Assembly (NCBI GenBank): GCA_965115865.1
Contig: OZ220469.1
Location: 586,638 to 650,637, forward strand
Reading direction: 5' to 3'
Length of the DNA: 64,000 nt
Source of the DNA: Phototrophicaceae bacterium
GTDB taxonomy: Bacteria; Chloroflexota; Anaerolineae; Aggregatilineales; Phototrophicaceae
Shown: piece by piece, positions 53,219 through 62,752 of the stretch
How positions within the stretch are numbered: the first letter of the stretch is position 1
Layout: each line of letters begins with the position of its first letter
Translations under genes and position numbers: made by a program
The notes under the pieces: model-generated
Told to the model about the DNA's origin: nothing
What the model saw: only the letters and a program-made list of their open reading frames with translations
Database searches by the model: none

Positions 53219-54202
53219 CTAGACATGTTCCGCTTGGTGGATGTGGATACCGCCTACGCCGCTCTCGAGCTTCAGTTGGATGGCCGCGCTTTGCCCTTCA
53301 TCATGGGCGTCGTAACCGCTATACCAGACACCATCATTGCCAATTTTGGATTCTTGACCGCGCAGTTTGTGAAAATGATCGGGCAGATGCAGGCCGCCGA
53401 TGCCACTATTGACGCGCAGGAGCACAGCGGCTCCGGGCGGCAACTCAATTTCGCAGGCGCCAGCGCCGCCGCTGATGTGCCCTTGCAGTTGGCAATCCTC
53501 GCCCACTTGCAGCGAGAATTTCCCCACGCCCCGCTCCGCTTTCAATTCGCAATGCGCGCCCGGAGCGAGGCTGACATGTTGTTTACCCGCACCGGCGCTG
53601 AGACGAACGCGATAAGGCTCGGGCGTCGCCGGCAACAATACCGTCGATTTCCCGGCGCCACCATTCAGGCGCAATTCGCGGAGATTCAGCTCTTGCAAGA
53701 GCAAGGTGTTCGTCCCGAGGCCGCTGTTCACCTTGAGATGCAGCGGGATGCGCGCTGAAAGGGCGACATCCCAAGGGAGCGCGGCATTCTTCCGCCAACC
53801 GCGCCAATCCCATTGCGTCTTCTGGTCTTTGGGTTTGCCGATGCGCACCTGGCGATGGTGGCTGCCATCTTCCACCCCGCTCAATAGGCATTCCAAGGGT
53901 CCCAGCGCGCGCAAGTGCGCTGTCAAGAGGTGCGCTGATTCGGGCTCGAGGTTGCGCAGGGTCAATTGCGCGCGTTCAATATCGATTTGGACGGTCGCGG
54001 ATTCGGCATCTTCCAAATCCAATTCGTAATGAAAGTCCCCAGCATCGGGGGCTTCCCCGCCGGCATCGCCGCTGAGCGCCTTGCCGAGGTCACTGAGACC
54101 TTCGCCGATCTGGTCGACCAGCGATGATAAGGAAAAAGAGAACTCCTTTTCGTAGTGTTTACTCTTTTTGGGTGGATGGGTTTGCTCTGTATTGTCGGTC
54201 AT
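53219..54202 (-). CDS. Toast-rack / LiaF-C-like (DUF4097/DUF2154) beta-helix protein
   Basis: Seven repeated rungs of the form x-x-x-G-x-G-x-x-x-(L/V): VNSGLGTNTLLL, LNGGAGKSTVLL, LSAGAGKQHVSL, AERGVGKFSLQV, ISGGAGACEIEL, VNSGIGGLHLP, LESGVGGIHIH. SD AGGAAG. Confidence 0.5.
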   Translation of the reverse strand: MTDNTEQTHPPKKSKHYEKEFSFSLSSLVDQIGEGLSDLGKALSGDAGGEAPDAGDFHYELDLEDAESATVQIDIERAQLTLRNLEPESAHLLTAHLRALGPLECLLSGVEDGSHHRQVRIGKPKDQKTQWDWRGWRKNAALPWDVALSARIPLHLKVNSGLGTNTLLLQELNLRELRLNGGAGKSTVLLPATPEPYRVRLSAGAGKQHVSLAPGAHCELKAERGVGKFSLQVGEDCQLQGHISGGAGACEIELPPGAAVLLRVNSGIGGLHLPDHFHKLRGQESKIGNDGVWYSGYDAHDEGQSAAIQLKLESGVGGIHIHQAEHV

Positions 54203-54262
54203 TTCCTGCTTCCTAATCGTGATTGGGTTCTTACCTGAGCATACGCAGAATGGCGGTTAAGG

Positions 54263-54290
54263 TTGCGAGTTGATGTGAATGCCCTAGACT
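54263..54290 (+). promoter_or_regulatory. Promoter TTGCGA-N16-TAGACT, 6 nt upstream of ATG 54297 (leaderless-type)
   Basis: GGTTGCGAGTTGATGTGAATGCCCTAGACTTTACACATG. Confidence 0.5.
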
Positions 54291-54296
54291 TTACAC

Positions 54297-54986
54297 ATGC
54301 TCAAGAAGCGCCGTGGCCGCACCTACTCAGGCGAGAGCGCGTTGCATCGCAATCTCAAGCGACACTACGCTCGCCCAGGCGACGAACAGGAAGTGCGCCG
54401 CCATGGGTATATCATCGATATTGCCCGCCCGGATTGCTTGGTCGAGATCCAAACGAGCAACTTCGCGGCCATCAAGCGAAAATTGCTCGCCCTGACGGCA
54501 GAAGCGCCGGTATTGTTGGTTCACCCCATCGCGCAGACGAAATGGTTGTTGAGGCAAGATGCCCAAGGCAAGCGCTTGAGTCGGCGCCGCTCGCCCAGCC
54601 GCGGCCGTTGGGAGCAATGCTTCGCTGAGCTGGTGCGCTTCCCCAATTTGCTGACACACCCGAATTTCGAGTTGGAGCTGGCCCTGGTTGAAGTGGAAGA
54701 ATTGCGTTGTGTGGATGGCCGTGGTAGCTGGCGGCGGCGTGGCGAGAGTTTGTATGGGCGTCGACTTTTGCGCATTCTGGAAAAACGCCGCCTGGAGCGG
54801 CCGGCGGATTATGCGGCCTTATTGCCGCCCAATCTGTCGCCACCTTTCACTACTCGGCAATTGGCGGAAGCGGCGGGATTGCGCCGGCGGTTGGCGGGTC
54901 AGATGACCTATTGTCTGCGCGAGATGGGTGTGTTGTCGGTGGTTGGCAAAAAGGGCAATGCCTATCTTTATACGCGCTCCGCTTGA
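54297..54986 (+). CDS. CoiA-like PD-(D/E)xK nuclease-fold protein with C-terminal winged-helix-like domain
   Basis: G-E-S-A-L-H-R-N-L-K...Y-I-I-D-I-A...L-V-E-I-Q-T-S-N-F matches the ES..H..K / D / E-x-Q-x-S pattern of CoiA-type nucleases. The C-terminus F-T-T-R-Q-L-A-E-A-A-G-L...M-T-Y-C-L-R-E-M-G-V-L looks like an HTH. Confidence 0.45.
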   Translation: MLKKRRGRTYSGESALHRNLKRHYARPGDEQEVRRHGYIIDIARPDCLVEIQTSNFAAIKRKLLALTAEAPVLLVHPIAQTKWLLRQDAQGKRLSRRRSPSRGRWEQCFAELVRFPNLLTHPNFELELALVEVEELRCVDGRGSWRRRGESLYGRRLLRILEKRRLERPADYAALLPPNLSPPFTTRQLAEAAGLRRRLAGQMTYCLREMGVLSVVGKKGNAYLYTRSA

Positions 54987-56485
54987 GTCAAAAACAAACG
55001 CCGTCGCAGGTTTTGCCAACCGGACCGGAACCATTGGCGTTCATCCGTATCCAGCAAACCGCCCCGCCAGAGCGCCAGGGCATAGACTCCGCAAGCCATC
55101 AAGGCGGCCAACCAAGGGGACAGGGCTCCGATTTGCCAGATTAAGAGGGCGGCCAAGACCACCACCAAAGACAGGCGAAAGATCCGCCGCATTAGCACCC
55201 GCCAGCGTATGCCATAACGCCGCAGCTGCCAACAAAGCAAGGCCAGCACGAAGAGCTCGGAGCTGACGGTGGCGATGGCCACGCCGCGGATATCGCGCCA
55301 AGTCGTCAGTAGCGTCAAATTCAAAGTCAGATTCAACCCCAAGCCCAGCGCCCGTATCCATAGCAAACTGCGCTGGCGGTTCTGCATCATCAGTGTTTGG
55401 GAGAAAATATCGTTGGTGATGGCCAACACGCCGTACCAAACGAGGATGCGCAGCAAATCGCCCTTATGTGCGAAATCTTGCGCCCCGAAGAGTAGCCCGA
55501 CCAGTGTCGGCGCGAGGGCGCTCAGCAGAATGGAGAGCGGTACGGACCATAACAGTATGAAATAGGAGATGCGCTCGGGGAGGCGCGGCGCGCGCGCGTC
55601 GTTTTGGAGGCGAGCATGCAGCGGGAAGAAAGCGGTCAGTTGTGGTGTGCCCAGCACCTCGATCATGCCCACGACCAGGAGGCTTTCCGCGGCGAGATGG
55701 GCGGCGCTCTCTGGCCCCAAGATGCGCGCGATGATTTGTTTGTCCAACTGCGTGACGCCACTGACGAGCAGGGCATTGAGGCCAATCGGCAATCCGTTGA
55801 GGAAAAGTGGGCGGGCAATTTTCGCCGAGAAGCGTGCCGGCCGCAATCCGCCTCGCCAGAGCAGACCGTTGAGCGCCAAAGAGCGCGTCGCCGAGGCGAT
55901 GATGCTGCCGACATACACACCCTGAAGCCCATAGTCCAAATACAATGCACCCAGGCCCAGGCTCATTAGCGTCGCCAGGTGCAGGATACTGATGATGGCC
56001 GCCTGTTGCATTCGTTCTTGTGCCAGCAACAGGTCATGGCCGATATTGCCGCTGCTATCCAAGAAGAGGTTGATGCCGACGAGCCCCAGATAAGCGAGCA
56101 CGAGCTCCTGTTGCGGGAAATCATCGAGGCCGGTGGCCAGCATCATGAGCGGGTAAGCGAGGACCGCCAGGCCAGTTTGCAAGGCCAGCGCGGCGCTCCA
56201 ATAGCGGCCTGCCAGTTGGGGGCGACGGGCGACATCGCGCATGATGATGATCGACATGCCCATCGTGCTGAAACTGGCTGCGAGGATCATCGACGAGCCG
56301 ACCACGACATAAACGCCATAGAGCGTTTTGCCCAATAGCGAGATGAGAATGAGTTGCCAAAGGAATAAGCCACCTTTGCTCAGGATGATTGCCAGGGTCA
56401 ACGCGCCGGTATTGCGAAGCGCGCGCGCGAATGCTTGACGGTTCGCCGTGTCGTTGCCCATCCCGTTTTCTGAGATCGTGGTCAT
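54968..56485 (-). CDS. Polysaccharide/oligosaccharide flippase (MOP superfamily, Wzx-like)
   Basis: About 14 TM segments with typical Wzx N-terminal R-N-T-G-A-L-T-L-A-I-I-L-S-K. ATG 56485 shares one base with the upstream stop (TGATG). Confidence 0.7.
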   Translation of the reverse strand: MTTISENGMGNDTANRQAFARALRNTGALTLAIILSKGGLFLWQLILISLLGKTLYGVYVVVGSSMILAASFSTMGMSIIIMRDVARRPQLAGRYWSAALALQTGLAVLAYPLMMLATGLDDFPQQELVLAYLGLVGINLFLDSSGNIGHDLLLAQERMQQAAIISILHLATLMSLGLGALYLDYGLQGVYVGSIIASATRSLALNGLLWRGGLRPARFSAKIARPLFLNGLPIGLNALLVSGVTQLDKQIIARILGPESAAHLAAESLLVVGMIEVLGTPQLTAFFPLHARLQNDARAPRLPERISYFILLWSVPLSILLSALAPTLVGLLFGAQDFAHKGDLLRILVWYGVLAITNDIFSQTLMMQNRQRSLLWIRALGLGLNLTLNLTLLTTWRDIRGVAIATVSSELFVLALLCWQLRRYGIRWRVLMRRIFRLSLVVVLAALLIWQIGALSPWLAALMACGVYALALWRGGLLDTDERQWFRSGWQNLRRRLFLTQAERV

Positions 56486-57018
56486 CAGCGCCAGCGACGC
56501 CGCTGTCTCAGCAGCCAACCGGCATGAATGCTACGCTCCTCTTCCAGGGCAGTGAAGGCTTTGGGGTTAATGGATAGCACGATTTTCATCGCTTGATTGG
56601 TCTGCTTGAGATCGAAGGTGCTGCGCAGCATCGTGACCTTCCCGTCGCGCCCTTCGCCAGCCAGCTCGGTTACGCCGAAACCCGCGCCACGCAGGGCCAC
56701 AGCGATGTCATGCCCACCGCTTTTGGTGATGACATTCAGGCTCACAAAATGGCTGGTGAAGTTTTCCTCCAGGAACATGCCGATGTAGATGCCGATCGAG
56801 GCGCCCAAACAATACGCTCCCAGCAAAACCCAATTGCTCATATCGGTGATGACCTGCGCGAAAACGAAAGCGAAGATGAGAGCTTCGATGAAGCCCAAGG
56901 TGGCGGCAATGAACTTGCGGTGTCGGATGATCGCGATCATCCTCACGGTGGTGATGGCGTGGTTGCTGGCCCGCAACAAGACGATCAACCCGGCGAGGGC
57001 GAAAGTTTCTACCCACAT
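56485..57018 (-). CDS. UPF0316/DUF2179 membrane protein
   Basis: Three N-terminal TM helices and a C-terminal DUF2179-like domain (V-I-T-K-S-G-G-H-D-I-A-V-A-L-R-G-A-G-F-G-V-T-E-L-A-G-E-G-R-D-G). SD GGAG 8 nt upstream. Confidence 0.6.
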   Translation of the reverse strand: MWVETFALAGLIVLLRASNHAITTVRMIAIIRHRKFIAATLGFIEALIFAFVFAQVITDMSNWVLLGAYCLGASIGIYIGMFLEENFTSHFVSLNVITKSGGHDIAVALRGAGFGVTELAGEGRDGKVTMLRSTFDLKQTNQAMKIVLSINPKAFTALEEERSIHAGWLLRQRRRWR

Positions 57019-57045
57019 GAGATTATCTCCGCTGGATGCTGGGGT

Positions 57046-57768
57046 TCAGCGAGCGGTTTCGGCTGCGGTATGCACCGGTTTTTGGGCGTATTCAACCAAT
57101 TGCTCACAAAGCGAGCGTAGAGTCGCTTCGGGCAGGGCCCCCGCTTGATTGAAGAGCAATTTGCCGGCGGCGAAGGCCATCAAGGTCGGGATGCTGACGA
57201 CGCGGAATTGCTGCGCCAGCCTGGGGTTGGCATCCACATCGACTTTGGCGATGCGCAAACGGCCGGCGAATTCGCCCGCCATCTTTTCCAGAATCGGCGC
57301 GATCATGCGACAGGGACCGCACCATTCCGCCCAGAAATCGACGAGGACGGGTAGGGGCGAGCCGAGCACTTCTTCCTGAAAGCTATCATCGCTGACGGCC
57401 AAGGGTTGGCCGGTGTCCGTCGCTGCCGTTTCGGTCTCCATGGGTTGGGGTTGGGCAGCGCGAATGGCTTGTATGGCCAACTTCACATCCGAAGCCCAGG
57501 GGCGGGTGCTGCGCGAGAGGATTTGATTCGCGTAGAGGCCCAACAAAACCGGTTTCGTCCCGACCTGGAAGCGCTCAGCGATGCCTGGATGCGCGCGCGG
57601 ATCGCATTGCGCAAAGGTGATATCCTCTTCTTCGTTGGCAGAATTGCGGAATTGAGAGATGAATTCGCCGCGCAAATTCCCCCCATCGCTGAACAAGAGG
57701 ACCGTGGCCCGCCCCCCGCGCAACTTTTCCTCCAATTGTGCTCCGCTCAGCTGCTCAATAGTGTGCAT
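57046..57768 (-). CDS. Two-domain thioredoxin (degenerate N-terminal Trx-like domain + canonical C-terminal thioredoxin)
   Basis: The C-terminal domain has V-D-F-W-A-E-W-C-G-P-C. The N-terminal domain has the Trx-fold pattern, but the CxxC position reads S-D-G-G-N-L. ATG 57768 with SD GGAGGG. Confidence 0.8.
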   Translation of the reverse strand: MHTIEQLSGAQLEEKLRGGRATVLLFSDGGNLRGEFISQFRNSANEEEDITFAQCDPRAHPGIAERFQVGTKPVLLGLYANQILSRSTRPWASDVKLAIQAIRAAQPQPMETETAATDTGQPLAVSDDSFQEEVLGSPLPVLVDFWAEWCGPCRMIAPILEKMAGEFAGRLRIAKVDVDANPRLAQQFRVVSIPTLMAFAAGKLLFNQAGALPEATLRSLCEQLVEYAQKPVHTAAETAR

Positions 57769-57796
57769 CACCTTACCCTCCGCTCATGCTCGCATT

Positions 57797-58561
57797 CTAC
57801 TCCCCCGCGCGGAAAAGGCGATAGTCCGTGTTTGGCAATTGGTATGGTTTGGCTTTTGCGCCGCCGAAATGGATCTCCAGCGGCGCCGGCTTGGCAAGGG
57901 TGTCTTCGCTGGGGAACCAAGCATGGCCATGGCGAACACAGATGAGCAGGCCGCGTTCGCCGCCGAGAGCGCGAAACTTCTCGCCATCACCGGCATCCCA
58001 AACGGGCAATTTCAGGTTTTCTTGTAAGAGCGCGCTGGCCTCACCAACATCGGCTAGCGCCAGGCCGATTTCACTGATGCCCAGGAAGTGTTGTGGGCCG
58101 AAGGGGTGCAATCTAACGGCAGTTTTGGTCGCTTCCGCCAACCCGTGGCGGGCGATGAGTTCGCCGATATTGCCGTCGGGGTCACGGAAATAGCAGGCAT
58201 GCGCGTTCCAAGCGCGCCAATGCACCGCATCACCACCGCCAGGGATGGGGAGGAGCGGAACGCGCGCCGCCAACCAAGCCCGCGCCTTGGCGAAATCGGT
58301 GCTGGGGATGTTGATGGCGAAATGATAGGGGTTGGCGGGGCCAAGGCAAAATTGCATTTCCGCAAGGCCGATGCGCAAGGTGAAGCGGTCGCGGTTTGCC
58401 CTTGCGACCGGGATTCCGAGCAAATTTTCGTAGAATGACCGCAAGGCTTTGGGTTTGGCGGTTTGCAAGCGTAGGCCGAGGATGGGCGTTGCCTCAGTTT
58501 TGATGAGCGGCCTCCACCAGGGTCGCCTCGCCTTGGCCGACCCCGACGCAGAGCGCGGCAA
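57797..58561 (-). CDS. VOC (glyoxalase/bleomycin-resistance/dioxygenase) family protein, two-module
   Basis: I-L-G-L-R-L-Q-T...F-Y-E-N-L-L-G and H-F-A-I-N-I...[12 protein letters not shown] motifs. The only in-frame start keeping the first strand is TTG 58561, which overlaps the thiolase 3' end by 68 nt, so the start is uncertain. Confidence 0.6.
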   Translation of the reverse strand: MPRSASGSAKARRPWWRPLIKTEATPILGLRLQTAKPKALRSFYENLLGIPVARANRDRFTLRIGLAEMQFCLGPANPYHFAINIPSTDFAKARAWLAARVPLLPIPGGGDAVHWRAWNAHACYFRDPDGNIGELIARHGLAEATKTAVRLHPFGPQHFLGISEIGLALADVGEASALLQENLKLPVWDAGDGEKFRALGGERGLLICVRHGHAWFPSEDTLAKPAPLEIHFGGAKAKPYQLPNTDYRLFRAGE

Positions 58562-59750
58562 TGCCGAAACGCGCCGCGCTGCCCGCCCGCCGCCGCAGCT
58601 CGTGCAATAAAGTCGTCAAGATGCGCGCGCCCGAGCAACCGAGCGGATGCCCCAAAGCGATGGCTCCACCCAAGGGGTTGACGCGCTCTTCGGCTAGCCC
58701 CAACTGGCGCAGGCAAGCGAGGACTTGTACGGCGAAGGCTTCGTTGATTTCCAGTAGGTCGATCGCTGAGAGCGGCAATTGATGCCGCTCCAGGAGGCGG
58801 CGGATGGCGAAGACGGGGCCGAGCCCCATGGTGCGCGGGTCGCAACCCACCGCCGCCGCGCCGCGCCAAAAAGCGAGCGGACGGATAGCGAGCGCCGCTG
58901 CTCGTTCGGCTGTGAGCAAGAGCAGCGCGCTCGCACCATCGTTGAGCGCGCTGGAGTTGCCAGCGGTGACGCGGCCATCCTCGCGAAAAACCGGTTTCAG
59001 GGCCGATAATTGCGCCGCGCTGGTTTTCAGGGTGAGACCCCCGTCGTCCAGCTCGGCGTAGGGTTGTTCATCGGTGGTCAAAAGGTTTTCCGGTTCGCCT
59101 TTGCCGGGCGAGGGAATGGGGACGATTTCCTCAGCGAAATGCCCAGCATTGATGGCCGCGATGGCGCGCTCTTGGCTTTGTAGCGCGTAACGATCGGCTT
59201 GCGCCCGTGTGATGGCGCCGCCCGGGATGCCCCCGCCGGCCGCGAGATCGTGGATGTTCTCGGCAGTTTCGCCCATTGTTTCCAAGGGGAAGCGCGCGGC
59301 CAGAGCCGGGTTGGGATAGCGCCAGCCCAGGGTGGTATCCCAGGCGGTGTGGTTGCCGCGCTGGGCGCGCGGTAGCGAATAGGGCGCGCGCGACATGCTC
59401 TCGACACCGCCAGCCAGGATGACATCGGCCTCTCCCAAGGCAATTTGCCGCGCCGCAGTGTTGACGGCCGCAAGGCCGCTGGCGCAGAGACGATTGACGG
59501 TGAGGCCGGCGACGCGTTCGGGCAACCCGGCCAGCAAGGACGCCATCCGCGCGATGTTGCGGTTGTCCTCACCGGCCTGGTTGGCACAACCGAGGATGAC
59601 CTCATCGACCATTTCGGCGGGGCAGGCAGCGCGCTCGAGAGCGGCGCGCAATATGCGCGCGGCCAGGTCATCGGGGCGAACGTCAGCCAGGGCCCCCTGG
59701 TAACGGCCGACCGGCGAGCGGACCGCGGCAGCGATCAGGACGCGGCGCAT
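58494..59750 (-). CDS. Acetyl-CoA C-acetyltransferase (thiolase II)
   Basis: V-N-R-L-C-A-S-G-L (acyl-Cys), [21 protein letters not shown] (His/Cys). Confidence 0.9.
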   Translation of the reverse strand: MRRVLIAAAVRSPVGRYQGALADVRPDDLAARILRAALERAACPAEMVDEVILGCANQAGEDNRNIARMASLLAGLPERVAGLTVNRLCASGLAAVNTAARQIALGEADVILAGGVESMSRAPYSLPRAQRGNHTAWDTTLGWRYPNPALAARFPLETMGETAENIHDLAAGGGIPGGAITRAQADRYALQSQERAIAAINAGHFAEEIVPIPSPGKGEPENLLTTDEQPYAELDDGGLTLKTSAAQLSALKPVFREDGRVTAGNSSALNDGASALLLLTAERAAALAIRPLAFWRGAAAVGCDPRTMGLGPVFAIRRLLERHQLPLSAIDLLEINEAFAVQVLACLRQLGLAEERVNPLGGAIALGHPLGCSGARILTTLLHELRRRAGSAARFGIAALCVGVGQGEATLVEAAHQN

Positions 59751-59868
59751 GATTTTTCAGCTCGGCAGCTGTTTTCAATCATCGAAAACGCGCGGGCGGA
59801 ATTATCAGGCAAGCCACAGAGGATGGAGTGAATGGATACCATGGTATCGCTCGCATGCTCTCGGGAAA

Positions 59869-61161
59869 TCATTCACACAATCGCCCGTCACCAATTTGGG
59901 CAATCGTATCGTTCGCCAGGGGCATCACTCCCACGCGCGGCGATTCGGGTAGTTGCGGTCGCAGCGCCTCGATGGCGGCGCCCAGGCTGGGGGCGGTTTC
60001 CAATAGGCCGAGTTGGCACAAAGCGCTGGGCATCTCGGTCACGAAAATCACCCGCAGACGCGTCGTCTCGCGGGCAATCTGGAAGGCTTTGTGCGGGCCG
60101 ACGCGAAAGGGTTGCTGCTGGAATTGCGCCAACACCACTTGTTGTGAGGTGGGTTTTTGTGCGGCCAACCAATCCTCGTAGGCTTGGCTGCCGCTGCCAT
60201 CGCGGCAGGCGGCACAAAGCACCAACGCGCCACCGTCTTTCGTGACGCGCGCGGCGTGGTAGAGGCCCTTTTGCGCTTGATAGAGGTTGATGTCTTTCGG
60301 GTATCCGCCGGGGGAGACGAGCATCAAGTCGAAGGGCGCGGCTGTGTGAGTGGCGAAATGCGCCTTCAGCTCGGGTAGGGCCGCGCGCATCAGCGCCGCC
60401 GGCGCGCCGGCGTGGACGCCGGTGATTTGTCGGTGGTTGTTGAGCGTGATATCGAGTGCGAAATGGATGCCGATACGGGCGCCGATTTCCTCGATATCCT
60501 CGCGGGCGGGATTACCCGAGAAACGACCCATCTCGGCGCCCTCCGCCAGCATCAAAGCGTGGTTGTGATGGATGGTCGCTTTGCCAGCGAGGCCAATCGC
60601 CGCCCCTTTCACGCCGCCGCCGAAGCCCATGAACTGGTGCGGCGCCAGGATGCCGACCACCAGGCGCAGCTCGGCGGCCAGGTAGGCGGCGTTGGTGTGA
60701 ATGGGCGTCCCGCGCCGCGTTTTGCCGAGATAGCGGAGTTGGCTCGCGTCGTCGCCGTCATGGGTGTGGATGCGATAGCGGGCGATGATGGCTGGCGGCA
60801 ACATCGCGGCGATTTCCGCGCTCGTCATGGCGCGGTGCGTGCCGCCGGCGATGAAAAGGTGAATGTTCTCCGGCGCGATACCACTTTTCTCGAGTTCGGC
60901 GAGCAAGGGTGGTAGGAGCTCAGCGTGCGGCGTGGGTCGCGTGTTGTCATTGATGGCGATGGCGGCCGATTTCGCTTGGGTTTCGCGGAGTGGCGCCGCG
61001 CCCTTGGGCCGCGCCAGCGCGCCGCGGATGGCGGCGGCGACATCTTTTAGGGCCCTATGCTTTGGCGGAAGTAAGCTCTCGCTTCGCCAAGCGGCGGGCA
61101 AGCGCACTTCCTGCCAGCCCGAGCCGTAGGGTAGGCGGAGCCGTTGCCCGGCCGCTTTCAT
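59869..61161 (-). CDS. LarA-like nickel-pincer-dependent hydroxyacid racemase/epimerase family protein
   Basis: DUF2088/LarA N-domain pattern I-A-I-N-D-N-T-R-P-T-P and F-I-A-G-G-T-H-R. About 430 aa. Confidence 0.7.
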   Translation of the reverse strand: MKAAGQRLRLPYGSGWQEVRLPAAWRSESLLPPKHRALKDVAAAIRGALARPKGAAPLRETQAKSAAIAINDNTRPTPHAELLPPLLAELEKSGIAPENIHLFIAGGTHRAMTSAEIAAMLPPAIIARYRIHTHDGDDASQLRYLGKTRRGTPIHTNAAYLAAELRLVVGILAPHQFMGFGGGVKGAAIGLAGKATIHHNHALMLAEGAEMGRFSGNPAREDIEEIGARIGIHFALDITLNNHRQITGVHAGAPAALMRAALPELKAHFATHTAAPFDLMLVSPGGYPKDINLYQAQKGLYHAARVTKDGGALVLCAACRDGSGSQAYEDWLAAQKPTSQQVVLAQFQQQPFRVGPHKAFQIARETTRLRVIFVTEMPSALCQLGLLETAPSLGAAIEALRPQLPESPRVGVMPLANDTIAQIGDGRLCE

Positions 61162-61198
61162 CTCTGGGCGTTTCCGGTCATACCGTCACGCGCGCGCC

Positions 61199-62371
61199 TC
61201 AGATGCTGGGGCCGATGCGGTGGATGGCGAAGCTGTTGTCATCGCGCAGCGCCTCCGATTTGGTCAGGTAGCCATCGGCAACGCGCCGCATTTCCGCGAA
61301 GACCCGCTCACCCGCCTCGTCGAGGGTGATTTCATCATAAAAGACGCCGCTGACATCCACATCCACCGTATCACCCATCAACTGGTAGGATTGGCGATTG
61401 CCGGTGACTTTGATGGTCGGCATGATGGGATGGTTGGCGGTATGGCCGCCGCCTGTGCAAAAAGTGAGCAACTGACAGCCGGCCGCCGCCATACTGCTGA
61501 TTGATTCCGCACCCATACCGGGGCCATACATCACATAGTTGCCGGGTGTTTGTTTTGTCGGTGCCGCGGCGATTTCCAGGTATTCGATGATGGGCGAGGG
61601 GCCGAGTTTTTTGACCGCGCCCATCGATTTCTCCTCGATGGTGGTGAGCCCGCCGGCCATATTGTCGCCGGTGGGTTGCGAACCGCGGATGTCTTCACCG
61701 CTGGCCAAGGCGCGGCTCTCCATTTCTTGGACGCCGGCGAGGATGGCGGCCGCGACGGCCGGCTCGGCGGCGCGCTCAGTCAACCAATGCTCGCAGCCCA
61801 TCCATTCGGTGCATTCGGCCATCAGGGCACGGCCGCCGGCAGCGATGAGGCGCTCGGCCGCGTAGGCGTTGGCCGGGTTGCTGGCCAGCCCGGCCGTCGT
61901 ATCCGAAGTGCCACATTCTGTCCCGAAGAGCAATGCGGAAAGCGGCGTTGCCGCGCGCCGCTGCGCGCTGAGTTGGCGGGCGAAATCGGCAGCGATGCGC
62001 GTCCCGCGCTCGACGGCGGCGATGAAACCGCCGGCGGCGCGGATGTTCACGGTGGCGATGGGTTTGCCCGTGGGCGCGACATCGGCGGCGATATCCTCAG
62101 CGGTGCAACCGGCCTCGTTGAAATGGTCAATGATGACGACCGCGCCGACATTGGGGTTGGCGGCCGTGCCGCTCAAGTAGCGGCGTGTCAGTCGCAGGTC
62201 CGGCGCGACCTGGCAACGGCCAAGCGCGTGCGTGATGGGTATCGCGCCTCGTACACCCGATGCCACTCGCTCCACTACGCCATTGGCGTAGACCGTCCCC
62301 GATAAAATCAGCAAGTGATTGCGCACGCCAACTTGGCCATCTGGCCTTGGATAACCAAAGAATTCGCTCAT
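61199..62371 (-). CDS. UxaA-family dehydratase, large (C-terminal domain) subunit
   Basis: F-F-G-Y-P-R-P-D-G-Q-V-G-V-R-N-H-L-L-I-L-S-G-T-V-Y-A-N N-terminus and length are typical of altronate/galactarate dehydratase C-terminal-domain proteins. The ATG overlaps the SAF-subunit stop as ATGA. Confidence 0.75.
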   Translation of the reverse strand: MSEFFGYPRPDGQVGVRNHLLILSGTVYANGVVERVASGVRGAIPITHALGRCQVAPDLRLTRRYLSGTAANPNVGAVVIIDHFNEAGCTAEDIAADVAPTGKPIATVNIRAAGGFIAAVERGTRIAADFARQLSAQRRAATPLSALLFGTECGTSDTTAGLASNPANAYAAERLIAAGGRALMAECTEWMGCEHWLTERAAEPAVAAAILAGVQEMESRALASGEDIRGSQPTGDNMAGGLTTIEEKSMGAVKKLGPSPIIEYLEIAAAPTKQTPGNYVMYGPGMGAESISSMAAAGCQLLTFCTGGGHTANHPIMPTIKVTGNRQSYQLMGDTVDVDVSGVFYDEITLDEAGERVFAEMRRVADGYLTKSEALRDDNSFAIHRIGPSI

Positions 62372-62679
62372 CTTGGCCCCCGCCCTGAGCCAACCAAATC
62401 GCCGCGGCCGCGCTCGCTCTCCACATTGTGAGTGTGGACATGCTCGCCCGCTTGGATCGATACGGTGGCCCGACCGATGCTCAAACCATACTTGCGCACG
62501 GTTTCGCCAGCGGGGATTTCTGCCAAGGCGACCTTATGTCCGTAAGCGATATCCTCGCGTGCGGTCAAGCGCTGGTCATGGATGCGCCCGTTGGTGCGTA
62601 GCGCGTCGCCGCGCTGCAAGGGCTCCACCACCACCGTCGCGACATTGTCCTCGCTGTCGATGACGAAAACGGTTTTCAT
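62368..62679 (-). CDS. UxaA-family dehydratase, small SAF-domain subunit
   Basis: D-N-V-A-T-V-V...I-A-Y-G-H-K-V-A-L-A-E-I-P-A-G-E-T-V-R-K-Y-G SAF pattern. SD GGGGGA. Confidence 0.7.
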   Translation of the reverse strand: MKTVFVIDSEDNVATVVVEPLQRGDALRTNGRIHDQRLTAREDIAYGHKVALAEIPAGETVRKYGLSIGRATVSIQAGEHVHTHNVESERGRGDLVGSGRGPR

Positions 62680-62708
62680 TCATCCCCCAGTTGATTCACT
62701 CCTTGGGC

Positions 62709-62714
62709 AGTATA
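62709..62714 (-). promoter_or_regulatory. Candidate internal -10 box TATACT upstream of the SAF/UxaA/LarA genes
   Basis: The minus strand reads GCGTTATACTGCCCAAGGAGTGAATCAACTGGGGGATGAATG. No clear -35. Confidence 0.3.
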
Positions 62715-62752
62715 ACGCGCCCGGCGCGGGCGTGTTGTCCTTCAATCTCCAT

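Noticed and set aside
57019-57048. The thioredoxin gene and the downstream DUF2179 gene are in the same frame, separated by TGA. This could have been a second Sec/readthrough candidate.
   Set aside because: The 27-nt spacer contains a normal SD (GGAG, 8 nt before ATG 57018). The TGA is at the natural C-terminus of the thioredoxin rather than at a Cys position, and no hairpin follows. Sharing a frame has a 1-in-3 chance by coincidence.
59771-59789. Inverted repeat GTTTTC-N7-GAAAAC, 21 nt upstream of the thiolase start. It could be an operator.
   Set aside because: The arms are only 6 bp, there is no adjacent regulator gene, and the repeat occurs once. This is insufficient to call a binding site.
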